Assembly (NCBI GenBank): GCA_903813345.2
Contig: CAIIXF020000001.1
Coordinates: forward strand, 39,804,001 to 39,868,000
Length of the DNA stretch: 64,000 nucleotides
Direction of reading: 5' to 3'
Source: Owenia fusiformis
Lineage: Eukaryota
The notes beneath the pieces were generated by a model. That model was not told the origin of the DNA and ran no database searches. It saw nothing but the letters and a program-made list of their open reading frames with translations. Below, one piece after another: positions 1-11,974 of the stretch; position 1 is the first letter of the stretch; each line of letters opens with the position of its first letter. The translations under genes and the position numbers were made by a program.

Positions 1-330
1 ATTCATCAGTTTTAGTGGTTCACTTTTCATATTACCCTTATGTATCTGATAGTTATTCAAATTAAAATATGTCCAGTAAAGGAAAATGTTATCTGCCCAA
101 CACAAGAAAAGATATTTCACTTTTTGTGATTTTACAACATGGGGTCTATGGGGAATCTCCCCGACCTAGAAGTCACATTTTCAAAGAAAATTAAATTTTC
201 AAAGTTGATAAACTCTTATCAAAGCCACATTTCTAGATGTAATTTTACATGTAGATTCGAAATATGACATCAGTTTGACTGAAGTTTGAATTTTTAATGA
301 CGTAAATCAAGATTATTTCTTCTCACACCT
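1..330. repeat. Interspersed repeat copy (inverted relative to the copy at 16360-16790)
   Basis: 1-320 matches the reverse complement of ~16365-16690 (e.g. catggggtctatggggaatctcccc vs ggggagattctccatagaccccatg). Confidence 0.85.
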
Positions 331-547
331 AGTCTATTGTCTAATGGATGAGTTGTCTTGGGGATCAATTGACTTTTGGATGAGTTGGTTCTTAGCAACC
401 AGTTGTCTTGGAAATCAGTTGTCATGGGGACTAATTGACCCTGCAATCTACATGTATCGTGTACAAAAGTATATGTAAATCAGGGTGTTTGTTCTTGCAA
501 ATGGATATCCATTTGATCTCATTTCTTTGATCTGATCTCTCTTTTAG

Positions 548-2676
548 GATTTATTAAGGGAATGTGACAATGTATTGTCAAACCACATAAACAAGGAGGC
601 ACTGGAAAAATGCAACAGAATGAATAGATGGAGAAACCATTGAATAACCTGGAGGGGGATAGGCACACCACACAAGCTCAATTACTCAAGGTAAATTTTG
701 GGATATTTTACAGAATGAAGCCGAACTTATACACAGGGTGTTCCATCAAAATTGTATTCCCACATACTTGAACCCTCAACCCTTATAAACAGATGTCTCA
801 AAAGAAATTGTAGAGATTATCCAAAGGTACATTTCTCTCTCATTTGTATGGATACTTCAAGAGATGAAAGCACAATGCAAACTCAACTAGCACGAGTGAA
901 GGTCTTCTTATTTACTATTAAAAACCCTCTCGTAGTAATACAGTGCAAATGTATTTCTCTAACATATTTTACATTCAAAATATTACAAGTTACGGAGAAT
1001 GAAAAATGCAACTCATCTAAAATTATCAGGCGTAATTGCTCAGATTATTAAAGCTAAAAGCATTACTTCAAGCAAACAAAGTGACTGTATGTAAATGAAA
1101 GTATAATTTCTCCAAAAAGGATATTCCTGTACAAATAGAGGATGGCCAGAGCCTGCTTCATCCCATGCAGACACGGGAGAGAAAACTCTGACAAATTTCT
1201 TGGTATTGGGTCCAGACACCATCCGGCAAAACCTTCACTACGATTATGAAACTTTGACAAAACGACTCGCAGATACCAAGGGCACATTAGAGAGCTGTCT
1301 CCTGGAGTTGCCACAGTATGGTAACCGCACAGATCAGGTGAGAATGAGTATCTTTATTCCAAAAAGTTGGGAAATGATGCTTATTAAGTGAGCATTTGAA
1401 CACTGATTTTGAGGAAAAACAATTAAACACTGAAGATATGTCTCAGAGTCCAACAATTTATGCAATTTTTAAACTAACTCTTTATATGACTTGAAATAAG
1501 AAACAATTGAGGCACAGGGTGAGCCAAAAATGTTAATCGAAACAAATGTTAAAAACTAAGTCATTCAGCATTGTTTAAGATCATATTTATCACCATTAAA
1601 CCTTTTCAATTTTCTTCATCTTAGAAGTATGGCTATATTATACTAAAGCTGAAGGCATTTTAGAGTAGATCACAATTATGGCATTGTTTTTCTGATTCTT
1701 GCCTCAGAAAATTAAAAATGGCTGGAATAGGCCATAACTTAGAGATATGATACTACAATGATCTATTTATTGAAGGGAAGAGTGCGATGGTAAATATTAC
1801 ATTGTGACTGTACAGTTCATGATTTATATATGTTCGTCGGGATTCCCTACGCCTTGGAGTTGCCAATTTCTAGTTGTAAATTGTGAATTGTAGGTTCTAC
1901 AACATGAGTCAGAACATCCCCAGGTTCTACAACATGAGTCAGAACATCCCCAGGTTCTACAACAACATGATTCAGAACATCATCAGGTTCTACAACAACC
2001 TGAGTCAGAACATCATCAGGTTCTACAACATGAGTCAGAGCAATGCATCCCCAGGTTCTACAACAACATGCGTCAGAATATTCCCAGATTCTACAACAAC
2101 AGGAGTCAGAACACCATCAGGTTCTACAACAACATGAGTCAGAACATCATCAGGTTCTACAACAACATGAGTCAGAACATCATCAGGTTTTACAACAACA
2201 TGAGTCAGAACATCATCAGTGTCTACAACAACAGGAGTCAAAACATCATCAGGTTCTACAACAACATGAGTCAGAACATCATCAGGTTCTACAACAACAT
2301 GAGTCAGAATATCCATCACCAGGTTCTACAACAACATGAGTCAGAACATCCCCAGGTTACAACATGAGTCAGAACATCCCCAGGTTCTACAACATGAGTC
2401 AGAGCAATGCATCCCCAGGTTCTACAACAACATGCGTCAGAACATCATCAGGTTCTACAACAACCTGAGTCAGAACATCATCAGGTTCTACAACATGAGT
2501 CAGAGCAATGCATCCCCAGGTTCTACAACAACATGCGTCAGAATATTCCCAGATTCTACAACAACAGGAGTCAGAACACCATCAGGTTCTACAACAACAT
2601 GAGTCAGAACATCAGCAAGAGGCTCTCGGGGGTTGTCAGTTCATGATAACAGAAGAACTATCGCTTGATGTTGGAG
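548..2676 (+). pseudogene. Degraded nesprin-1/MSP-300-like spectrin-repeat exon fragments
   Basis: Exon-like segments: 548-690 (ttttag|GAT...AAG|gtaaat; DLLRECDNVLSNH...NR, 1-nt frameshift, MEKPLNNLEGDRHTTQAQLLK), ~1135-1337 (IEDGQSLLH, frameshift, DTGEKTL..LGPDTIRQNLHYDYETLTKRLADTKGTLESCLLE...DQ|gtgaga) and 1894-2676 (ttgtag|VLQHESEH...EHQQEALGGCQ...VG|gtataa). The GEKTL..GxDTIRQxL...LESCLL pattern resembles nesprin-type spectrin repeats (recognised by eye). Frameshifts and stops indicate decay. Confidence 0.5.
1891..2615 (+). repeat. Minisatellite, ~22 units of 30-33 bp (CAGGTTCTACAACAACATGAGTCAGAACATCAT), with duplicated multi-unit blocks
   Basis: Directly visible. The variant unit GAGTCAGAGCAATGCATCCCCAG recurs three times (~2032, ~2396, ~2497), marking higher-order duplication. 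Confidence 0.97.
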
Positions 2677-3888
2677 GTATAATAACAAAACTGTATGACA
2701 GGGATGATTTTGAAGCTTTGTGTTTACAGATGAAGAAGCTCTCTACATGTTTGTTATGTGTTACAAAAAGTACACCTTTTCAAAATCATCTTAATGTTCA
2801 TTGGGACAATGGCCTGGTAGTATACAGGAAAATACTTTTGTCTTGCTGCTTTGGTTGTGCGCAAGCTATCGAAATATTGATGAAATAGTGGTTAGTAGAA
2901 TTTATTAAGTAAATTGATCAGAAGTATTTGAATTTATAGTACTTACGAAAACATATATTTGGTGAAAAATATCACTCTTGATAGCTAATACATTTTTATA
3001 GTCTCTGTCAGAGTGTTATTAAGATGGAAATCGGTGTTTGTTACAAGGTTACACTGAATGTGTGCAAACAATCTTTTGTAGAAATGCCTTGTTAACTTCA
3101 TGTAAAGATATTCATTTGCAATAACTTTGTAAAGTACATATAGTCATTTAATAAGGGAAATCTTAAATGGATGAATTTTGGTGCCCCAATAAAAATGGTG
3201 GAGAGTATAAGATTTCTACTTGGCGAATAAATATGAATACTGTTATTTCAATACAGGATTTATCATACATAAAAATTGGAGATTGGTTAGCTCATTACAT
3301 TTGGAAGATCTTTAAGATATTCAATTAATGGTTCTTGCACAGTGAGCCTCTGAGAATAACAAGGCGTCTGTTGTTGGTAAACATTGGATTTCTTCTAAAA
3401 ATTCAAAAATTGAAGAAGCATTAAGCGGTTCTGATGTTTTGTATTTTTTAGTTTTTGAGGGCTTTCATTGACATTTAATCATGGGGTTGTGGAAATTGTT
3501 TTTTCTTGTCAAATTTAACCAGTAATTGCAGTATTCATTATGTAGGCATTTTAGTTTATGTGGACATACCTGAATCGGTGCATTTTCTGTGGTGTTATTG
3601 CTAACTCAAGGGTATGATATTGAGAAAAATATCGACGATGATGCTTTTAGCTGTGATCACTTAGGTTTTCATACTCTACAGCTACTATTTTTATCTGCAT
3701 TAAACATGTTGAAAATCATCACTCACTATAATATATCAATCAGTTCTGTTAATCAAAATCAATGTGTTAATATTGAGACAAAATTCAATAAGAAAGTCAC
3801 ATTTGCACTCATTGGAATTGTGCGCTCATTAGATATAATATGGTTTACAGGTATATGTATTACATTTTTTATTATATCTCATATACTA

Positions 3889-4027
3889 CAGTAAAACCTG
3901 TTTTAGTGCACACCACTTTAGATAGATTTCACATCGACTCCTGTATATAATCCCCTCTAGTTAGAAAATACCTATCGTGAACACTTTTTGTGGCTCAATA
4001 GGTGTTCACTATTTACAGGTTTTACAG
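3889..4027. mobile_element. Tc1/mariner-pogo-type MITE
   Basis: TA|CAGTAAAACCTG...CAGGTTTTACAG|TA; a related copy lies at 17049-17195. Confidence 0.8.
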
Positions 4028-4681
4028 TATTTGAATTTATTGGAATATATGTAAATGTGTCTTTATTTGTGATCGATGTACAATGTACTTGATGTTTCAA
4101 TACTGAATGCATACATTTTTGGCTTTTGCAAAATATATATTGTCACTAGTCCACAGTAGGGACAATAGGAATTAGCCACATCCAGAAATGGAGATAAAAT
4201 TTGTTAATGTTCAGGATTGAAGTGAGTCAACAGGTATATGCATAATTATAAAACTTTATAAATCGCTTGATAAAATGAATAGTCACATGGGTTGACCTTG
4301 AAATAGCATGTGTAAATAGTTATTTGCAATAGAAATAAATAAATCAGTACATCAAACTTTCTTTATTAGTTTATTTGATCCAGACTTGAATACAGCATCA
4401 ACTACAAATACTTCAATGAAGTTCAAGGCCAGCTATTATCAGAAATTATAACATTACAGTAATTAAAACCTCATCTACATCTGTAATCCCAAATACCTTT
4501 GAAAACGTAAACTTGAACACATAAGGACTCCAACTCCTAATTGCAATAGCCAATTCATCTTTGAATTTCGAGAACAAATTTTATTCTATTTTGAGAGCCT
4601 TTATCGGCATGAATTCAAATTGACAGAAAGGTAAAAGGTCAGGCAATTAATCCAATTCATGAATACCAAAGGATGCTACAT

Positions 4682-5215
4682 CCCGGGTTTAGAGTGTTTT
4701 GCATTTCGTTCAGTTTATTGCGCCTCTACCGGCAAAAGTTAAAATAGCACTGGTTTCGAGACTATTTAAGTACGGGTCAAGGGATGCAGGAGAAATGAGT
4801 CGGAGGATGATATATCCCCTGGGTTTTATACAGCATTTTATTGTTTTAAGTTTAAATCTGGGATGTAGCCGGCATTTGACCGGGGGGGGGGGGGTCGATT
4901 TTAAAAAAATCCAAGGGATTCACTTTTGAAATGGCCCAAAAATGACCAAAACCATTTGAAAAAGTGCTCAGAATGGTGAAAACTGCATGGTTTTGAAAGC
5001 ATTTTTGGCTATGGTAGAGGGTCCTGGCTACGGGCCTGTTACATAAGTTTGTTAATGATAGATTCAAACTGATAGCATGGTCATACGGGGGTCCTATCCA
5101 TAAATACTCTGATAGGACGCTGTCCCGGGGTTTTCGTGTCGTTTCGTTCAGTAAATAGCACTGGTTGCGAGACTATTTTAGTACGTGTTTCTAGCACGTG
5201 TTATAGAAACCCGGG
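4682..5215. mobile_element. CCCGGGTTT-ended MITE with internal direct repeats and a nested hAT-like MITE (~4858-5038)
   Basis: TIR CCCGGGTTT...AAACCCGGG. The tttcgttcagt...aaatagcactggtt.cgagactattt block occurs twice. The inner element ends GGCTACGGGCCTG and matches 30811-30930 (caggcccgtagccag...catgcagtttt.accattctgag). Confidence 0.6.
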
Positions 5216-6627
5216 TCCTGTCAGTGTTTGCCATCGACCCTTTCTCATCATTTCTGGGGCTAGTAACATTTCTACGCTCTCCGTGGAATTTCTGCGCTCT
5301 CATACTTTTGCAGTCACATTTCCCACGGCAGCTGCACGGTGAATTTTAAATTTCTGCTAATAAATAATACTTTTTTCATTTTATTTAAATCAGGACAATT
5401 TATAAATGTTATTCATAGTGCTAGGATGTAATATCAAATGAAAGGTGATCGTGAAACATTGACAAATAATGATTCAATCTTGTTGAACCAGTTGATTTCT
5501 ACAGGGACCTCAGAAATGAACAAACATTATAACTCCGAGTTATAATTTCTACGGCGACCCTGCGGCCTGTGAAAACTGGATACGCCGTACGGAGGCCGCA
5601 AGGCGAGCGTAGTTTTTCTACGCCCGCCGCAGAAATACACTGATTTAATTGATCTGCGGTCGACGCACGCCCTCCGTACGACAAATGTGACTGGGGTGTT
5701 ACCCTAAATCACAACGAACTAGTTCTCAAAATGTCGATTGTTTCCTAGTAACATTTTTTACTCCAGTGTTTACCAATTTCGATGCCTTATAATGCAAGCG
5801 TTGTACACTAGCCTACGTAGTTCAGAAACCATGAATTAAAGACGCATTTACCCCACATGATTCTGAGCATTGAACTTCTCAATTTGATTAGGTCTATAGG
5901 CCTACCAGGTTGTAATGGCATCTTATTCAATCTCTTTATTATTAATCTTTCACTGGAATTCTTCTCAAAGTAGTAAACGATGTAGCAGGACATAATGCGC
6001 ATTGTTAGTGTAAATATGCGAATCGTGTTTTCAGTAATGGTGGTACTGAGGACGTAACTGATTATTAGCTTTGGGGTTCTTTTGATTTCAGATTCCAGAA
6101 CCCGATAGAATACATTGATAAAAGGACACAAATATGCCCACTCGGATATGTGGCAAAAATGTGTATTTTTCATCTTGAATGCCTGAATGCCCATTAGCTA
6201 AAAAAAGATCAATCCATCGGAGAGTTAGTTGAAAAAGCGAATACAAGACTAAGCATGCAGGCACACTTAAATTAAGAAAAATATCCAAAATGGCCGGCTG
6301 AAAATCTGCTCTCTTTGGTTGTGAATCCTACTAGGCTAGTTTCGGTTAGAATTCTCCTTACATACCAAAAATCTCATAAATTTTTCCATTACCTTCTAGT
6401 ATAGGAGACCGAATTCCAACAGATTCAAGCTTCACATTTTTGTCTCCAAACATTGAGGAGACGAGTTTTTTGTTTTTTCTCAGTGAATATGCAATCAAAT
6501 TGATTTTCTAAAATTGCTTTGCAACATGGTACCAAAATAACAAAATCCCGTGGATTTAACTTAGTTTTATGCGAAGACGAAATTTTCAAATCGCCAAAAT
6601 AAAACGGGGACTAAATTAACTAAAGGT

Positions 6628-7175
6628 TACGAAGTGTTATGACGGGACATGATTTTTTTCGGAATTAAGAATTTTAGTTTTAATTAAAAAAATTTCCTCG
6701 AATAGTTTTATTTTAATTTTTTGATTAAAAATTGTACATGAATTTTCACTTGACTTGTTGAGTTTTCTGGAAATCCCCATTCTTTTCAAATCTCTCTTAA
6801 GCTGTCTTTCACCGATGTTTATGTCATGACGAAAGCCAAGAGGATGAGTAATCTCCCTGTACGTAAACCCGTCATTAAAATAGGACAACACGAATTTGTC
6901 TTGGTGTTCGGACTAGTATGTATCCAACAGACTAAATAGGATATAGTCTAGTGTTCGGACATTGTTTTGTCATGGCCGTCTGTTTCGTCTGGAAATTAGG
7001 TCATGACACGCCTAATTTCCACCGCGGTAGAAAATAATTTTCACCGAGGTAGAAACTCATTTCCACCGAGGTGAAAATAGAATTAAAAATCTAATTCAAA
7101 AATCAGAAAATTAATTTAAAAAAACGAAAATTCTTAATTCCCCAAAAAAATTCATGTCCTTTATAAAGCTTCGTA
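6628..7175 (-). mobile_element. Internally deleted IS3EU-like DNA transposon carrying an N-terminal transposase remnant
   Basis: ~45-bp imperfect TIR TACGAAG...GGACATGA.TTTTTT.GGAATTAAGAATTTT; 6-bp flanks aaaggt/aagggt (5/6 match). The minus-strand remnant YFNDGFTYREI..LGFRHDINIGERQLKRDLKRMGISRK resembles the HTH N-terminus of IS3EU-type integrase-core transposases. Confidence 0.7.
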
Positions 7176-9265
7176 AAGGGTTGTAATAGTGGTTCTAACA
7201 TACACGATATTGAGTCATTGATTACTATTTATGTGTCCTTGCGAGTGTTTTGTTTGTAATTGAATCAATATATTTGCAAAATGTCGTTGACACATATCTA
7301 TAAAGAAAACAAGTAATGTAACAATGACTTGTTCTTTCTTATGTTTTGGACAGTTGGAATTGATTTATTGATGCACAATGACGTTATGCTACGTACGTGC
7401 ACAGCACATACGTCAATTTCTTCAATTATTGTGATTGTAGACCAAAGTGATGAACTTGGAATAGAAATTGATCTATTGATAATCGAAGATTTAGCACCGT
7501 ATCGGCTATAGATGTTTTATTGTTTTTAAGCAATCGACCTGAAATGTCAAAACTGAGTCAAGGACAAGATTCGTTGTTATTGTAGTTTCTATTCAACATG
7601 CAACATGTATTGTAAAATTTTATTTTATTGATTGACATCCTGTATTTCAAGATGCTCATAGTGGGAATAAGCATCTTGGATTACCGGTGTATGAAGTTGG
7701 CATGGTTGAAAACCAAACTAGTAAGCGAGTATGATACATAAGCCTAGGGTAAAGTGGACATATGGGTAGTGAGGACAAATCTAGGGACAAATCAAGTAAC
7801 TTCACATTGTCAAGCTCAATTAGTTTAAAACAATGGGCATCAAAAGAGTCGACCAAACAGAATTAGGACTTTTTGAGCTTGTACCTTGAATGTGCGTCTT
7901 TCAAGCGTCTATTTCCTACTAAATATTTCTTTGGGTTAATTTCATTGGCTTAAACTTTCAGACACCATGTCTTTTTATTTTTATTGCTAATGTTACTAAG
8001 AACATGATCTGATTTTGAAAGAAACCGTAGTGACTGCATGCAATAGCATTCAAGATGTGCAAAATACAAAATACTAGTAATCATTTGGCTTTATGTTTAC
8101 GTACAGAGGTGCCCCATTCATATATCTAGGTACTAGTAACTCCATTGTTCTCTTGTTGCTAAGATGAACACATTTGTTATAAACCTTGAAACTTTTCTTT
8201 AATTCTTGATCTCTGACATGCTAGAAACAATTTACGAGGTACAATGTAGGCTAGGGGTAATTTGGTGATTGACATTCATTTCGCGATTTCGGACTCATTT
8301 TGAAGAATGTGTACGTGAAACGTGTAAATAACGGTCCCCTGTCATGTCTGTTTAAACCAATTGAGAGATTCCTGAGTGTCATAATATTGATTCTTTACGT
8401 TCAAGTTCTCCCAAATGCGTATAACTACATCATTTTTAGTAAAAAAATCTGAGCGTATAGTCATAGAGTTTGAAAAAAGGTCGGATAAACGAAATGGAAA
8501 CTTTAAGACACTCCAAAAACATTTGATGATACTAGTTCTATTATTAGTAAATTAAAACCTGATCTAGTATGTTCTTACTCTTCGACAGGACCTCTTTATT
8601 TTTATAGGCCTTCAACATAGAAGCTAAGTTTGCCACTTCTTTTAAGAAACTTTATTTCGAGGCTTAAAGAACATGTTTATATCGGCAAAGAACTACACAA
8701 CAGAACGTTTACAATATTACAATTCATTACATACAGTATTCGAAAACACACAAATAACCTACAAATCATGCAAATAAACATGTTTGGCATTGGGCATGCA
8801 TCCACCAGGGTATTAGCTACAGACGAACCCGTTTGCGAAGTGAAGACAATACACTTTCTCCTCGTGAAAAGGTTAAAGTATACTTTATATAAGTTATTGT
8901 AACGAATATAATATAATGAATCATATAAAAGGTTAACCGCGTATACTCCAGAACTTATATACTAAAGAGAACACATGATATGTACAATAAGGATACCAAG
9001 GAGTAAGTAAAATACAATAAACGTCACCTCTCAAACATCATGAAATTATGTTAAAATCTTTGGGGTAAGCCTAAAAATAAAATACCTTATAGGTGTTTGT
9101 ATTCCCAAGTGTAAATTGCTATACATATATTTTAGAGAAGAAAATGGCATCGACACCAAATCCTAAATACATGGCCATGGTAGGTTTTGTGAATGCTGAG
9201 GAAGAGTACGTTTTAGTACGAGGTGAACATGGGCCTCTGGGGATAGAAATCCATGATATGAATAA

Positions 9266-9740
9266 CACCCCGGAATAGCCTGACAACGGTAAAGTCAGAT
9301 TCCGTTGTCACAAATGGCGGACATATGGCTTCAATTAGATTAAATTCTAAATTCCTTTCGAACAACAATCAATCAAAGTGTCTACTCATTGTATTAGTTA
9401 ATAATGTTCTACCATCGAAACAACGTCTTTAATTCAACCGATCAAAATGAGATACGGGACAACGGAAACTGTAATTACCATATGCCATTGTCTTTCTAAA
9501 TTACTCAAATTCAGATTCCGTTGTCATTGACGATATCGACGACGCTACATTGTGGCGATTCGCGACCCAATTTGATCGAAATGGGATTTCATATACAAGA
9601 GCTAAATGCATGCACAGAATTAGCGACGATAAAATCCAATGAAATGAGCGGACAAGGTGATTAAACAGTTGAAGCGACGGTTAATCCGCCATTAGTGACA
9701 ACGGTATCTGACTTTACCGTAGTCAGGCTATTCCGGTGTG
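9266..9740. mobile_element. Non-autonomous DNA transposon with CAC termini and 5-bp TSD (Transib-like), copy 1
   Basis: AATAA|CACCCCGGAATAGCCTGACAACGGTAAAGTCAGAT...ATCTGACTTTACCGTAGTCAGGCTATTCCGGTGTG|AATAA; TIR ~55 bp; perfect 5-bp TSD. Confidence 0.85.
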
Positions 9741-10088
9741 AATAAGGAACGTATCAGAGGTGATCACTATTGTACCATGGGTCTTATGTCTTCCAGAATA
9801 TTAAAAGAGAGATTTCGCAAATCACTTAGTGTCTAAAACCCAGCTAAAACATACCGCTTACAAGCATTCATTATAATGAGTATACTATAGTGCCACCTAT
9901 TGCTATTTCAGTGTCATGTTTGTGCATTAGGATTTTGTTGGCCTGGGCTTTTCTAGTTTGATAGTTTAACGTGTCCTTGTATTAAGCAGAACATACTTAT
10001 ATTTTTCAGACACGTCCCTTAAATTATGATGATCGAAGAGGATGTCGACTGCTCGCGATCATAAACTTTACGGCATATCCATTTTTAT

Positions 10089-11543
10089 TCAAGATGCACT
10101 TTGGGTTATATTGTGACTTTGTAGATGTTTGTACAGATCTAGTAAGGTGAACGTGGCACAGGAGCAAATCTGACATTTGGAAAAATCCCCCGAGAAGGCA
10201 AACGATCTGACATCACTGGAGCATGTAGGGTGATAACTAGCATAGTGCTCATTCAAACGGAAGAAAGGAAGCACGGTTCCGCAGATACGACAATAATGAG
10301 GTGCATCTTCGAACGAGGCAGGTCGTGTCGATATAGTCAATGTCCCTACTCGATGCCTGTGAAGATGGCAAGCTAAACTACCACATGGTTTGCTTTGACA
10401 GACCGTGCATAATTGAGATTTAACAGATCGACTAACCGGTACCATACCAGTCGGTTCATGATCTTTCGTTCTATGAGTATCAAAATATTCACTGTGTACG
10501 ATTTCAGCGCAGATGCTGCAATATACAAGTTCAGAAGATCCATCAACGTATTTATCATAGTGAGCTTTAAAATGTTGAAAATGACTCTTTTTCGACGTCA
10601 TCTGATGACCGCATGGACATTTCTTCGAAAACGCTGAACGAAAGCGAAAATAAGAATATGAACGAATGAAGGAAATGTCAGATGCTGTTTCCTTAGGATG
10701 ACATCCTTTGATATGTTTCTCCATCGCAATAGATTCTAAATCGACAATAAGAGCAACATTTTGTCCTTCGATTGGCAAATACTTAAAGCATGTTTGGCAA
10801 TACATGCCATGTGGTCTTGGATCGTTTGACTTATACCTAAAACCCAAAGAATTCTCTGTTTGCAGAATCGGCGCCATCGGCGGTGGATCTCTTGTTAATG
10901 TTATCAGGTTTTCGTTGACTGAACTTAAAGAAGATTCACTTTGCATATCTTCTTGTGTGCCAACTGCAAAAAATGTTGACTTCTCATCGTATATAGTTGT
11001 ATAGTCGTTGTTATCGAACTTGTACTCAACTTCATGATCAGTTTCACCTTTAATATCATTTTCAACACGAAAAGGAGACAAGAACTTTTGGGATGTATGG
11101 AACTTATTGTCTGGTTCAACCGCAAACTCAATCGTATCAGACTGCTCCCAAAGATCACAAAATGGTTCTTTCTTTGGCTCAATTAGACCATTTAACGGGT
11201 TCTCCTCCTCTACCATATAACAATTGCCCATCTCTTCAGACTCGGAGTCTTTGCATTTTGGATAAACGAGTGGAAGTCGTAATGTGATAAAGTCGGTGTT
11301 TTTTTCCAATTGAACCCTTGGTTTTCGGTGAGGACTGATCTCGTTGAGGGACTGGAACATGTTGTTGCAGCGTCTCTGTAGTTTGTTAGCAGCATGTTGC
11401 TGAAACACACGCTTTGGATAAATACACTTTGTACTCTTCAGATTCGTCTGTTTTTGACAAGCTTCAGATGATATCTTCTGTGGTCTATCAAACGTATCTT
11501 GACTGAGGGACACAACTCGTAATATTTTTGGTTTAAATTCCAT
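10089..11543 (-). CDS. C2H2-type zinc-finger protein (484 aa), single coding exon, about six degenerate C-terminal fingers
   Basis: Uninterrupted ORF; first ATG at 11543, with an in-frame stop upstream and a splice acceptor tttttcag| at 11634. Fingers: CQTC..HIKGCH, CPC..HFKAH, CSIC..HRTKDH, CTVC..HLHRH, CRIC..HYASYH, CQIC..HLQSH; acidic middle region. Confidence 0.85.
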   Translation of the reverse strand: MEFKPKILRVVSLSQDTFDRPQKISSEACQKQTNLKSTKCIYPKRVFQQHAANKLQRRCNNMFQSLNEISPHRKPRVQLEKNTDFITLRLPLVYPKCKDSESEEMGNCYMVEEENPLNGLIEPKKEPFCDLWEQSDTIEFAVEPDNKFHTSQKFLSPFRVENDIKGETDHEVEYKFDNNDYTTIYDEKSTFFAVGTQEDMQSESSLSSVNENLITLTRDPPPMAPILQTENSLGFRYKSNDPRPHGMYCQTCFKYLPIEGQNVALIVDLESIAMEKHIKGCHPKETASDISFIRSYSYFRFRSAFSKKCPCGHQMTSKKSHFQHFKAHYDKYVDGSSELVYCSICAEIVHSEYFDTHRTKDHEPTGMVPVSRSVKSQLCTVCQSKPCGSLACHLHRHRVGTLTISTRPASFEDAPHYCRICGTVLPFFRLNEHYASYHPTCSSDVRSFAFSGDFSKCQICSCATFTLLDLYKHLQSHNITQSAS

Positions 11544-11974
11544 TCTCAACTTTTACGTTTCTTCGAATAGACCAATATGACAGGTCACTCTAGTTCTTTG
11601 AAGTTCAGGTAACGTTTAGCCCGTATGTAACACCTGAAAAAGAAAAAATGCGATCAATGTAATGTACATTAACTATACTGTTGTTTCCTCTTGTCATTTA
11701 ACTTTTAAAGGACATTTCTTCATATTTTATATTAAGACAATACAAATAACAAAAAACGCTAGTTTTTGTGGCCAAGTCGATTTGCTTTGCATAATAACAT
11801 GAAACTCAATGGTGAGCAGTGGTTTTATTCGTTTGCTGATTTACATCAGTTAAATACAGGGTGTCTCAACAAATTACAAGCATTAACATGAAGGAATGTC
11901 ACCATCTACACGCTCGCGATCGTACAAAATGGATGGAGGAGGAGTAGGCGATTTCTGCAAGGAAACTCAACAAA

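Noticed and set aside
1883..2888. Multiple overlapping repeat ORFs, or a CRISPR-like array
   Set aside because: Units are head-to-tail with no unique spacers and there are no cas genes. The ORFs arise from unit lengths divisible by three.
5808..6194. 128-aa ORF
   Set aside because: No recognisable motif or splice context; consistent with a chance ORF in repeat-derived DNA.
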